IMG/VR virus record: IMGVR_UViG_3300043788_000060
Span: 1 to 64,000 of that record
Strand: one strand, 5' to 3'
Length of the DNA: 64,000 nucleotides
From: a virus
The translations under genes and the position numbers were made by a program. Shown here piece by piece: positions 9,619 to 19,869 of the stretch. Numbering within the stretch: position 1 is the stretch's first letter; every line of letters begins with the position of its first letter. The notes beneath the pieces were generated by a model that had not been told where the DNA came from, did not search any database, and saw nothing but the letters and a program-made list of their open reading frames with translations.

Positions 9619-9957
9619 TCATGAATTTTTCTCCGTTTTCTTGTACCAGCATCTGGAGGGTCGTATTAGATTGCTATCGGCCAGCATTCCTCGTTCTGTT
9701 CCAGTTTGGGAGTTTTTCAATGTAAGCCATCCATATTCATTTACGGATATTACTTCGTGAACCGGGTTGCGCCTTGCGGCGACGTTTACTTGTACTAGGG
9801 TTCCCACAGGATAGGCTTTGATACAAGTTTCTAATAGTTCTTCTTTGGCTTGAGATACTCTATCCCGAGCGGCTTCGATTGGTCCTTCGATAGCTTCGGC
9901 CAGTTCGTTCGCTTCTTCACAGGAAGAGGGAACCTGTTTTCCATTCATCTCAATCAT
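9619..9957 (-). CDS. Hypothetical protein
   Basis: ORF in the minus-strand operon with an RBS. Confidence 0.55.
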   Translation of the reverse strand: MIEMNGKQVPSSCEEANELAEAIEGPIEAARDRVSQAKEELLETCIKAYPVGTLVQVNVAARRNPVHEVISVNEYGWLTLKNSQTGTERGMLADSNLIRPSRCWYKKTEKNS

Positions 9958-10132
9958 GAATTCCGCTCTCCTTCTAACCTGCCGTCTCTGTAGGCTGTAT
10001 CCAGTGCTTCTTCGACAATATCCGCTATGGATTCCTGTAGATGGATTTCCTCAAGCGGTGTGTCGGCGTCGATCCGGGGCTGGCGGAAAATCAGATCGTA
10101 AATTTGCGTGGCTACTTCTCGGGGGTCGGGCA

Positions 10133-10432
10133 TCAGAGTTTCCCCTCGCGTTTATATTCAAAGGAAAATCCACAAGTCGAGCAGCCCGCTCGATAGTTCA
10201 CATGGAATGAACCGGAATAAATCCCGATCTCGTAGTCTTCGCGCAAAGTCGAAGTGAACTCGTCGTCGGATGAAATAGCTTTTCGAAAAGAGGCCGTTTC
10301 ATCGCGCTTTTTCAAATATTCCTCGACCGGAATCCGACCGTAGGCCAGAGCGGCCAGATTTTCCGCCGTATCGGCTTTCTCTCGATTGCTTACAAAGCAT
10401 TTCGGACACTGTGTCCAGTTATCTGCACTCAT
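10133..10432 (-). CDS. Zn-ribbon hypothetical protein (MSADNWTQCPKC...)
   Basis: CxxC...CxxC; the start is taken at the internal Met. Confidence 0.55.
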   Translation of the reverse strand: MSADNWTQCPKCFVSNREKADTAENLAALAYGRIPVEEYLKKRDETASFRKAISSDDEFTSTLREDYEIGIYSGSFHVNYRAGCSTCGFSFEYKREGKL

Positions 10433-10779
10433 CGGACTCCTTTCTCGGCTCCGCTGTAGTTCCCAGCAAATTTCCGTCCGGATCAAAACACCCGGACAGA
10501 TTCCCGAACTTGTGCTTGTACGGGTGGTAGACAAACGGTTCCGGGGATTTCCGGACCGTGTTTTCGACGATTTCGGTTTGGCAGTGTTGGCAGATCATAT
10601 TTACTCCACACTCGGAGGTTCGTCTGAGTTTCCCAAAATCCAATCCAGAGTCTCGGCAATTCCCTGTTCGTATGTCATGCCGGGATAATTCGACGGATCA
10701 GTCTCATACACTTTTTCTCGAAAATCTGCCACTTCTTGGGGTTTGCGCTTGAAAATAGCCATAGTTTTCCTTTCGTCCA

Positions 10780-11172
10780 TTATTCGGACAGTTGTTTGAT
10801 GTGTTTGTCGTAGGCGTCCCGAATCAACTTGATTAACTCCGGGTCGCGGTATCTGAAATCATCGGGTATGTTTAGTACCACGATAGGTTTGGGTTCTTCG
10901 AGCAGGTTTTTGATTTCGGTGGCTTGTTTTTGGCTCATGCAAACGATCTCATCTGCCCATTCGAGCAATACCTTGTCCACAGGAATCAAAGCAAATTCTT
11001 TGGTCAGGCCAGCCGCCCGTGTATTGAAATTGTAGGGCTCCTGCGATAGCACAAACGCGGCGGTCGGCGACCGCAAAAGCCCGGCAGAGCACACGCACAA
11101 AACCCGCTTGTATTCGCCTTGATATTTGTTCCCGCAGTTGGCGAGACGGTTCATCAGAAATGGATCACTCAC
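10780..11172 (-). CDS. Low-molecular-weight phosphotyrosine phosphatase/arsenate reductase-fold protein
   Basis: VLCVCSAGLLRSPTA (CX5RS P-loop), WADEIVCM, IPDDF. Start probably GTG 11172 after GGAGG. Confidence 0.85.
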   Translation of the reverse strand: MSDPFLMNRLANCGNKYQGEYKRVLCVCSAGLLRSPTAAFVLSQEPYNFNTRAAGLTKEFALIPVDKVLLEWADEIVCMSQKQATEIKNLLEEPKPIVVLNIPDDFRYRDPELIKLIRDAYDKHIKQLSE

Positions 11173-11480
11173 GATTTTTCCTCCTCCACAGTTTTCCACA
11201 TAAAACCATTCCATCGGCAGGCAAAGCGTTTGTCAGAGCCCGCATTCACTACGAGGTACTGATCGTTGGGAATCTCTGTCAATTTCTTCCACATGGCTCC
11301 TATAGCACTCGCGGGGTTTGACTCGGAAACAGTTGGAGACGACAGCATGTGCCCCTGTCGAACCTCAACGCCGCTAACGCTCAAATACCAGTCGCCCGGC
11401 TTTCTCATCCGCAGACAAACATTGAAATCTCCGGCCAGAGCTTTCAAAGCCTCTAGTTGCTGTTCATAAGCGAAACCCAT
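11169..11480 (-). CDS. Hypothetical protein
   Basis: RBS AAGGAG, downstream of the promoter at 11504-11514. Confidence 0.6.
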   Translation of the reverse strand: MGFAYEQQLEALKALAGDFNVCLRMRKPGDWYLSVSGVEVRQGHMLSSPTVSESNPASAIGAMWKKLTEIPNDQYLVVNAGSDKRFACRWNGFMWKTVEEEKS

Positions 11481-11534
11481 CCTGATTTTCTCCTTCAGTC
11501 CGCATTATACCACGGATTTTGGTTTGTCAAGCAC

Positions 11535-13667
11535 CTATTTGCGATATATTTCTGATTCAAACCCATCGGCCCCGAGCGGAAAAGCGTCTCCGCACCAGTC
11601 AGGAGCGGTTGTCATGCACTCACATAGTTCTTTCAGGCCAAGTCCGGAATCGATGGGCACCAGCGTCACGATTTCATCGTAAGTGTGTCCAACTATTTCA
11701 AACCCCATCTTATCAGCGAGTTTCATGCCATGAACAAGTATATCACGGCTCACGGCCTGATCGGCGTTTTCTACCAGATGTCCGCCAAAAGTCTTGGTTT
11801 CCATCCAGACTTTGGTTTGCTGGTCCTTGGCTTTGTACCAGATTACGTCATTTTCGTATTCTTGCTCTTTCCAAACTCTCTTTTCCTTCCGAACACGGGG
11901 GTCGATGTAATGCAGGGACCGGCCCGAGGGTAACAACATTTCGAGTACCTTGTCTCCCGTGCATTTGAAGGACAAAATTGGGTCTAAAATCGGACGGTTG
12001 ATGCGCTCGAAATACTCGCGGTCGCGGTCAGTATGGGGACAGCCCACTCCTGCGAATTCTCCGGGGTGCCGAATGGCATAAACAGCCGCCCGTTCCATGT
12101 CCTTCCACAACCGCTTGACTTCAGGGTAGGACTCGCGGAAAACTTCGACGGCATATTTGGCCTCATCATAAGTCATTTCGACACCCATGCGCCGCGCGTA
12201 AGCCTGCAACCCATCGTAAAGGGGGTTGCCCATGTCGTCGTATCGCAGCCTGTCTGGAGGCATTCCGGGCCCGAGCCCATATCCCGCGCCGAGCACAGGG
12301 GATTTGCAGACGTTGCGCTTGGTTTTGTTGCCTGCCTCAAATTCGGCCAGCAGGTCTTCGTACTTTTCGTTGTACATCCGGACGGCAAAATCCAAATAGG
12401 GATCACGGCCTTCACGGAATACTTTGAGAATCGCTTCGCATCTGGCGAGGTAGCCCAGCCCTCTGTTTTCGATTGCATTTAAGTCCGCAACCACAAACTT
12501 TTTGCCTTCCGGGGCGCGAAACGCGGATCGCTGGACGGACGCAGCTACTTCGAGCGGCTTGCCAAACTCCCTCACCACTCCGTCGTAGTCCATTTTTCGG
12601 ACAAGATCAACCGCGAGTTCCAGCCTTTTTTCCACTTCCTTTGTGGACTTAAATAAATTGCCCATGTTGACGCCGTGCGCCGCCCATCGGCCCGTATGAG
12701 CCCCATAGTAGGTGTATTGGTAGCGTAGCCTCCCGTCAAGCGCAGTCATATCCGCAAGGGCCGTGTATTTTGACACAGAGGATTTGGAAGTTTGCGTCCG
12801 GATTTCGATTACTTCTTTGGCCAGATCGGTAAGACCTCCCTCGGCCAAAGCTCGGGCAACGAAATCCTTATTCAAGCTCGAAAATCCATAGCCCTGTGTT
12901 TGCAGCCAGCCGAGCATTTGGTTTCGACTGTTGGGATTTTGAAGCCCAGTTAGCTCTTTGAGTCGGGCGGTGAGTGGCTCTAGTTCCTTGAAGACCAGCC
13001 CTCGGGCCCCGTCTACTGTGAGTCTACAAACGGGCCACCCGGTGGAGTTAATTTTGTTATCGAGGAACCATGTTTCCCATTCGGAATCGGGTAGCGGAAA
13101 TCTCCGCATCTTTTTCGCTGCCGCCCGCTCTGCAATCACGTCCTGCTTGCAATACTCGCAGAATAATTCCCAGTCTTTTGGGTGAGTCCTCCAGTCGCAG
13201 AAAGTTGCAGGAGCTATACCGAACAGCGTTTCATATCCGCCTTCGTCTTCCGGCTCACAGAAGAGTTTAATCAGCCGGTCGCCGTCTTCGATCTTCGCAC
13301 TTTCCTTTAGTCCAAGCAATCGCCCAGCCTCGGCCAGATCGCCGGGCAGAGAGAGCGCCCGAGCCATGCACATCGGATCGCGGAACTCCTCAATTGGCTT
13401 GGAGATTTTAAGGACACATTCGGATATTACGCGCTCGAATGTTGCGTTCCAGCACCACGCTTGAACAAACGGGTCGGACAGCGCGTCTTCGAGTTCAGCC
13501 GGGATTTTCGGATCGAGGTGTGGTTGCCAGAGCTTGGGCGATTTGTCGCCGAAGGCGTAAGCAGCCAGAAGGACCTCGGTCGATTTGTCGTGGGCGTAAT
13601 TGTCCAAGCCGCGCTCGTCAAGTGACAGTACGGACCTTGTTTCGTAGTCCAACCAAAGTTTGTCCAT
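11535..13667 (-). CDS. Family A DNA polymerase with 3'-5' exonuclease
   Basis: LDYET (ExoI), motif A VADLNAIENR, motif B RNVCKSPVLGAGYG, motif C HTYDEIV. Confidence 0.93.
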   Translation of the reverse strand: MDKLWLDYETRSVLSLDERGLDNYAHDKSTEVLLAAYAFGDKSPKLWQPHLDPKIPAELEDALSDPFVQAWCWNATFERVISECVLKISKPIEEFRDPMCMARALSLPGDLAEAGRLLGLKESAKIEDGDRLIKLFCEPEDEGGYETLFGIAPATFCDWRTHPKDWELFCEYCKQDVIAERAAAKKMRRFPLPDSEWETWFLDNKINSTGWPVCRLTVDGARGLVFKELEPLTARLKELTGLQNPNSRNQMLGWLQTQGYGFSSLNKDFVARALAEGGLTDLAKEVIEIRTQTSKSSVSKYTALADMTALDGRLRYQYTYYGAHTGRWAAHGVNMGNLFKSTKEVEKRLELAVDLVRKMDYDGVVREFGKPLEVAASVQRSAFRAPEGKKFVVADLNAIENRGLGYLARCEAILKVFREGRDPYLDFAVRMYNEKYEDLLAEFEAGNKTKRNVCKSPVLGAGYGLGPGMPPDRLRYDDMGNPLYDGLQAYARRMGVEMTYDEAKYAVEVFRESYPEVKRLWKDMERAAVYAIRHPGEFAGVGCPHTDRDREYFERINRPILDPILSFKCTGDKVLEMLLPSGRSLHYIDPRVRKEKRVWKEQEYENDVIWYKAKDQQTKVWMETKTFGGHLVENADQAVSRDILVHGMKLADKMGFEIVGHTYDEIVTLVPIDSGLGLKELCECMTTAPDWCGDAFPLGADGFESEIYRK

Positions 13668-14029
13668 TATTCGGAATTCAATATCATTTCCGCTGTCACG
13701 AACGGTTTTTCATCGTAGGATGGCGGATCGGGCAGGTATTCTAGCTCGGTGCTTTCCAAGTGGCCCAATCGCTTGCTAAAGAGATGAACCTCTTCCATAG
13801 CGGCTTGGATTTTCTTTTCTAGGTGTTCTCGGCCAGCTTTACGAGCGGATTCAAAAGTGAAGTGGAACTCGGTGTGTTGATCGGCGCGGGGCTGGCGTTT
13901 CATGAACTTGTATCCACGCTTCACCCACACACTTTTGTCGTTGTGTTTCTCAACTTCGACTTTTTCTATAACGCCAGCGTTTAAGCTGATTTCATACCAG
14001 ATCATTTCTCCCTCGCAGTCACAGCCCAC
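13667..14029 (-). CDS. Hypothetical protein
   Basis: Ends NSE* inside the 15-bp repeat, coupled to the polymerase start. Confidence 0.6.
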   Translation of the reverse strand: MGCDCEGEMIWYEISLNAGVIEKVEVEKHNDKSVWVKRGYKFMKRQPRADQHTEFHFTFESARKAGREHLEKKIQAAMEEVHLFSKRLGHLESTELEYLPDPPSYDEKPFVTAEMILNSE

Positions 14030-14890
14030 AACACAAAGCAGACGATCCCGCCCACCGGGATAAAATACCCGCCACTATCGCCTATCACACACCCGATAAA
14101 CCCAGCTAGTAATCCCCCGGGCACACAGAGGAACCAGAATCGACGGGTGTCGGATTTCTCGGCCTTTTGCCGGTCGGGTTCGGGGTCAGGCTGTTGGTAA
14201 AAGCAGTTGTCAAATTGTTGGCGATTCATGCTCATATCTGTTCCCGTCCTTCTGACCAAGCCAACAACTCCTCAATCGATTGCGGTTCGGGAACATCTGC
14301 GTTATAATCCGGGTTGTCACAACCGCACGCTGGCCAATAAGGAACCCAAGGATTCAATGGTTTGTGCGTGTGGCCACACGGGCCAATTGGTACACTCATA
14401 GCTCCTCCCCCGCGCTCAACAAAGCGGCTTCTGCGATTTCTCGGTCGGACAACCACCCATCTTTGCAAATCATCCGCAGAGCCTCGACCAGTTTCTCGTA
14501 GTCCGAATAATGGACAAACTGGAGTTGCTCTTTCTCACTTACGCACATACCGTGCGGCGTCCATCCCCATCGTTTCATCTCATTCTCCACAAAGTCTTCG
14601 CTCCACACCCCGCCCAACACATAACTTGAACCGGAACAGCGACAATAAACGCTGCCAGCAGAAATATCCCCACAATCGGACCCGAGCTACGTTTTCTCAT
14701 CTCGCCTCTGGTGGATACAAAATTTTGTGGACTTCAAAGAATTTTTCGGCGTCAGTCTGCCATCTTTCGAGCAGGGTTTCCGGTCGCTTGTCCTCAAAGT
14801 TGTAGAAGGCGTGCATACTTCGTAACCCCTGCTCGTTGATAGCCAGTTGGTTGCAGAATTCGTGAACGAAGGTGGTAGCGTAGTCGTCCA

Positions 14891-15184
14891 TTAGTCGGAC
14901 GCCTTGCGTGTGCGAATTTCCTCGATAATCTTCTGTTCTTCCTTGAGACCTTCGTTGAATTCCGGCCTTGTGATGAAAATACCGAGTGTTAGACCGAGCC
15001 AAGTGACTTCGGTCCCAAGATATATCCAAGGATTGGAAGCTACGATTAACCCCGGAACCAAATCAAACGCCCATTGCTTTTTCGTTTGCTCATTTACAAT
15101 GAATTGAAGTCCTACCCATTTGAAGGCGAGAATGGCGTTCACTTTGCCGGGATTAAATTTCGGGCGTTTCGGAATCCAAATCAT
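14891..15184 (-). CDS. Hypothetical protein
   Basis: ATGA overlap with the integrase stop. Confidence 0.55.
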   Translation of the reverse strand: MIWIPKRPKFNPGKVNAILAFKWVGLQFIVNEQTKKQWAFDLVPGLIVASNPWIYLGTEVTWLGLTLGIFITRPEFNEGLKEEQKIIEEIRTRKASD

Positions 15185-16266
15185 ACTTCCTCCATTATAC
15201 CACGAATTCGTTCTTGCTGCCCGTTTGTCCGCTTGGCATAGTGTTTTTCAATTGTAGTAGTAGTGTCTCCCAAAAGTTGGGCAACATCGAATAGCGTACA
15301 TCCCTTGGCGAGCAGATAGCACGCTCGATAATGCCGGAACCTATGAGGATGGCAATTTGCAATCCCAGCTTTTTCTCCCCAACTTCGAACCATCTGGTAC
15401 AGTTTGTGCGGCACCATGCCGGGGAATATTCTGTCCTCCCCTTCGATCCGGAAGTCGTCCATTATTCGGATAAACTCCCGGTTCATCGGAATTTCAACGC
15501 GCTTACCTCGTTTCGCAGTAAGCACCCGCAAGGTCTTGGTCTGAAAATCTACCGACCCCCAACGCAAGCTGGCAACATCGGAGCAGCGCAGGCCGGTATG
15601 CTTGAAAACCGCGAACACCGTTTTTTCTAACGCCGGTTTTTCGACCGCTTCAAGCGCCGACATTTCTTCATCCGTAAACGGCTGGACCGCTTCTTCGACC
15701 GCCGGAATTTTCGGCTTGTACTTGAGTGGGGTTTTCGCCATCCATCCTTCTTCAACCGCAAAGTCAAATAACGCAGACAGCGCAACCGTGTCCGTAATTA
15801 TTCCCCGTCCTGATCCGCCTTTGGCCAAAATCGATTCCTTGCGCCAGAGCAAATGAGATTCTACTGCCTCGGGGGTGATCTCAACAACGTTACCCAGTCC
15901 AGTTTCTATCAGCCGGTCAAAGAACAGCTTGATTACTCTTTCATACTCTCGCCGGGTTCGGACCCCGATCTGTCCAAGTTTCTCGCGCCGTGAGGTATGA
16001 TCCGTAAACCGGGTTTCGAGTTCTGTTAGCTTCATAGGATCGTCAGGCAACACACCTTGTGTCAGCCGTTTGAAGCTGCTTCCCGGCAGAGCCGTCCTCA
16101 ATTCAGCCCATACGTGACTTTTGGGACCGTCCGCTAAAGCATATTGGACTCTGGTTCCCAACCGCTCGGCGGATTTTGGGTCTTTGACCCCCAAGGAGCA
16201 ACGGACACGTCTGCCACTGAGCAGAGTGTCAAGGTGGTATGTCGATCCTCGTTTGGTAAGGGTCAC
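15181..16266 (-). CDS. Tyrosine recombinase/integrase
   Basis: HTGLRCSDV (R), HPHRFRH (HxxR), LLGD...KHYA (Y); N-terminal arm-like segment. Confidence 0.92.
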   Translation of the reverse strand: MTLTKRGSTYHLDTLLSGRRVRCSLGVKDPKSAERLGTRVQYALADGPKSHVWAELRTALPGSSFKRLTQGVLPDDPMKLTELETRFTDHTSRREKLGQIGVRTRREYERVIKLFFDRLIETGLGNVVEITPEAVESHLLWRKESILAKGGSGRGIITDTVALSALFDFAVEEGWMAKTPLKYKPKIPAVEEAVQPFTDEEMSALEAVEKPALEKTVFAVFKHTGLRCSDVASLRWGSVDFQTKTLRVLTAKRGKRVEIPMNREFIRIMDDFRIEGEDRIFPGMVPHKLYQMVRSWGEKAGIANCHPHRFRHYRACYLLAKGCTLFDVAQLLGDTTTTIEKHYAKRTNGQQERIRGIMEEV

Positions 16267-17595
16267 TCTACCCCGCTATGTCCAAAAGTCCATTCCGGTC
16301 GGCGGCATGCCTGCCAATCCGTCGCGTCGTGGTCCTCTGGCGTGAACTCGGTTCGGATGCCCCGCAGTATCGACGGCCTTGATAGTTGGTAGACCTGCGA
16401 GACTCCTGCAATTTCGGCTTTGCGGATTGCGGCTAAAAGGGTCATGCAGTTTCCTCTCTCGGTTTTTCCTGTATCTCTGTGAGCCAGCGGTCCACAATCA
16501 AATGCGCACACCCCGCGCCGCACACGTGTTTCGATCCCGGTTTCTCCGCTGCTCGGGACCACTTGAGAAAATATGGAGCGTTGCGGACATACCGGAGTTC
16601 CAGCCAATGATTGCTTGGCCCGCGTTGTGCCCCGCATTGCTCGCACTCGATGGATTGCTTAATCAAGCGGATTGCTCCATCTCGATATAGGCAATGTTGT
16701 CGCCTTGCACGAAATAGAGATGCTGGTTGGTCCCCATGAAACGCTGGATTGTGCTGCTGGTAAGACTGGACGCAGTAAACGTCCGGTCGGGGGATTCGAG
16801 AATCGCCAGCTTTTGTCCGGTTTTCAAAAATAAGACTCCTTTGATCAGGGTCGGTTTCGGTGTGAGACTCATTGATTTTTCCTCGCCTTCTTCGCCGCAG
16901 CTTTCTCGGCTTTGGCTTTTGCTACGAACCTTGCCACAGCCGCAGTATACACCGAAGCCGGGGTAATCTCATACGATCCGCGCAATCCCTTGAGCCGGAC
17001 CCGCACGCCGTAAGGTGACAACTCGAAGATGATCTCTCTGAGTTTTCCACGTTCTCGAACTGTGTCCGAAAATTCTAGGACGCACCGAGACTTGCGTTTG
17101 GCTAATACGCTCATTGCACACTCCTGAATCCATGAATGATAAGCCAGCCCACGAAAATCCAGACCGCCGCTGTGAAGAAGGCGCAGAATATCCATCCGGC
17201 GAGTGCGACAGGATCGATTTGTCCATTATTCGGACGGGTCATTGCTCCTCCGTGCCGCGATAAACCTTGACCGTCCCGGAGACCATGATAGCAGCCAACG
17301 GAAACCAAGCCGGTAGTGTGAGTGCAAGCCAGATCATAAACCCTCCAAACCATTTGTCAACTTCAACACCCGCGCCGCGTGAAGGCTGGTTTAGGCGGGC
17401 ACCCGGATCGCGCCGGGGCGGGTTACTTGTTCTCGATAAGCAGGCCGTTCGGCTTGGTTACATCTTTATCGCCTCGGGCCAGACGCCGAGTTCGCTTGTT
17501 GAGCCCAAATTCTTCGGACCTGTTTGGGGTGTAGTGTTGGACCTGCGCGTGACCCAACTCGGCCCGCGCTCCTACGACTGCGACTGATTTCATGG

Positions 17596-17811
17596 TTAGC
17601 TCCCTTGGTTGCCGTTGTCGGCGGGGTCGTAGTTGTCAACTTCTTCGTCGTCGAAAGTGACTGCTTCGATTTGGCTGGTAGGCTCCCAGTCCTCGAAATC
17701 ATCGATAGTCAAAGTATTCAAAGCCTCATCGATTGCCGCTTCTTCGTCTTCTGCCTCAACTTCCAAATACGCCTTTCCCGTAATCGGGATGGTTACTCCG
17801 TATGTTCTCAC
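17596..17811 (-). CDS. Acidic hypothetical protein (VEAEDEEAAI motif)
   Basis: Common phage small-protein pattern; GGAGG RBS before GTG. Confidence 0.5.
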   Translation of the reverse strand: MRTYGVTIPITGKAYLEVEAEDEEAAIDEALNTLTIDDFEDWEPTSQIEAVTFDDEEVDNYDPADNGNQGS

Positions 17812-17998
17812 TTTCCCTCCAATTCCGCCAGATGCTCTCTGGCCGATTCCAGTTCTTTGTTCCACTGCGCTCTTTGCTCTTGGGTGATGCCTTGATCGAG
17901 CAGCCAGAGTTTCAGCTTGCTGATTTCCCCACGGTAAAACTCTGCGTTGTATGTGATTCCGCGCATGGCGGCTCCTTTGTCCATTTTTCGGACGGTTT

Positions 17999-18745
17999 TT
18001 AGAGCAAATCGATTCCGGGACTATTTAGCTCCCGCAAGGTTTCCAAAGCAAGATTCGCGGCGAGGCTCAAATAGGCATCCGCCGCCGACCCCGCCGACTC
18101 CGCCGACTGCGCCGACCACGCCGCCGACTGCGCCGACCACGCCGCCGACCACGCCGACCGCGCCGCCGACCGCGCCGACTCCGCCGACCACGCCGACCCC
18201 GCCGACTCCGCCGCCGACCGCGCCGCCGACGCCGCCGACGCCGCCGACGCCGACGCCGCCGACGCCGACCACGCCGACCGCGCCGCCGACCGCGCCGACT
18301 CCGCCGACCACGCCGACTCCGCCGCCGACTCTGGAGTTCCTTCGTCCTCGCACCGCTTTGCTGCTGCGAGGCACTCAGGATACCCTGATAAAGATTGACG
18401 GAAAATTTTCGGAATCAGCACAGAAATAATCTTTTTGGAAAGCCGGACGGTAAATTCAACGTCATCGACTACTCCAAGACTCCCCAACTGCGCCAACCCC
18501 AAATCCCGCAAACCTTTTGCCCGCGCTTCCGCCGAACTCCACTGTGAGTCGTTCAGCTCAATCTTGAATAACCGGACAGAAGATGCTACGCATCCCGGAT
18601 CGTCGCCGTGTGGCAAATTCATCGCTTCGCAGATCGCCGCTTCGATGCAAACCTGACCGCCTTGGCTTCCAAGACCGTTGCTCAATCCGCGTTCGAGGAT
18701 CGAATCGAATTTCCCTATCGGGAATTTCTTGATGTCGAATTTCAT
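17999..18745 (-). CDS. Phage protein with an Ala/Ser/Trp low-complexity repeat tract
   Basis: Start ATG 18745 after AAGGAG; contains SAAESAWSAESARSAARSAW... repeats. Confidence 0.75.
   Translation of the reverse strand: MKFDIKKFPIGKFDSILERGLSNGLGSQGGQVCIEAAICEAMNLPHGDDPGCVASSVRLFKIELNDSQWSSAEARAKGLRDLGLAQLGSLGVVDDVEFTVRLSKKIISVLIPKIFRQSLSGYPECLAAAKRCEDEGTPESAAESAWSAESARSAARSAWSASAASASAASAASAARSAAESAGSAWSAESARSAARSAWSAAWSAQSAAWSAQSAESAGSAADAYLSLAANLALETLRELNSPGIDLL
18080..18330. repeat. Coding tandem repeat of 6-12-nt GC-rich units (CGCCGAC cores)
   Basis: Directly visible in the sequence. Confidence 0.9.
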
Positions 18746-18833
18746 ATTTCTCCTTCTCGGTTGCTGCGACCTCGGGTTCCAATCTCCCGTCAAACCCGAG
18801 GTTTCGCCCCCACCAAAAGGCTCGTCAGGCAGC

Positions 18834-19028
18834 TTAAATGCGGTTGTGGAAGTCCTCGATCAATTCGGCGACGGTCGGGGTTGAAACGCCGAGGCGATCA
18901 AGAGCATCGAGGAAGTCTTTGGCTTCTTCCTCAAGACTGGCAAACTCCTCGAAATTTCCGTCCTCGTCGTACTTGACTCCGTGTTCTGTGTTGAAAAACA
19001 GATCAGAGATATTGCCTTCAACTTTCAT
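18834..19028 (-). CDS. Acidic hypothetical protein
   Basis: RBS GGAGG. Confidence 0.6.
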   Translation of the reverse strand: MKVEGNISDLFFNTEHGVKYDEDGNFEEFASLEEEAKDFLDALDRLGVSTPTVAELIEDFHNRI

Positions 19029-19506
19029 GTTTCCTCCGCGCCGTGTGGGCGACCTACCAAACTATCAGGATCGCAACACCAGCTAGAATCAATATACTAC
19101 ACATCCCGGCTGGTGTCAAGTCCCTAAGTGGATTTTTCATGCGGCCTTCAATCTGCGAATCAGCCGAAACGTAATCGCCCGCATACGCAAGAACTCTTGT
19201 CGGTTGTGCTCCGTGCGCCGTGGAATACGGATTTTTGGCGCGTTCTCGGTATGTTTGGCAAAATATCCGCGTTCGTGCTTCATACAACCTCCGGGTTGCA
19301 AATTTTACACGGGCAGTGGATCGACAAGCAATTATGCTTCCCGTTCCGGCAACTAGCACACGGTTCTGCCCGCTTCATGGAATACTTTGTCCCGCGCCCG
19401 CCCGGTTTGACCGGATCGAGAACGGAGGCTAGGGAACTAGCCCCGCCTAGCGAGCGGGCACCTGTCCGAGAGATACGATGCGGGACGCGGGATAAGCAGG
19501 GGAGTT

Positions 19507-19869
19507 TCACGCTTCAGACCTCGGCATGAAAATAACTGTCCTCGTTCCCGTGAAACGATAATTGCGGAAAGTTCCTTCCCACTTGTAAACGGCACCATCC
19601 GTAAGCTGCTGATAATCCTTAAAGACAAAATCCTGCATGGCATCGAACAACCACGGAGAATCGTCCAGATCATCAAAATGCGCATCGAGGATTACCATAT
19701 CGCCACCATACGCCGCAATAGCGAACACGATAAATCCACGATATGTCCGATTTTTCTTCGGCGCAAGATGACCCCACGTATCGTCCAAAACTGCCATTTT
19801 GTAGGACAGTTCTGCCGGGGCCATCGCCGCTTCCATGTAATTGCCGGAATCGTAACTCACTCCGGGCAT
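19507..19869 (-). CDS. Hypothetical protein
   Basis: RBS GGAG; protein-like composition. Confidence 0.6.
   Translation of the reverse strand: MPGVSYDSGNYMEAAMAPAELSYKMAVLDDTWGHLAPKKNRTYRGFIVFAIAAYGGDMVILDAHFDDLDDSPWLFDAMQDFVFKDYQQLTDGAVYKWEGTFRNYRFTGTRTVIFMPRSEA

Noticed and set aside
17947-18429. Pro/Thr-rich plus-strand ORF and Gly/Val-rich alternative-frame ORF
   Set aside because: These are by-products of the GC-rich repeat. The Ala/Ser frame has an RBS and ordered flanking domains.
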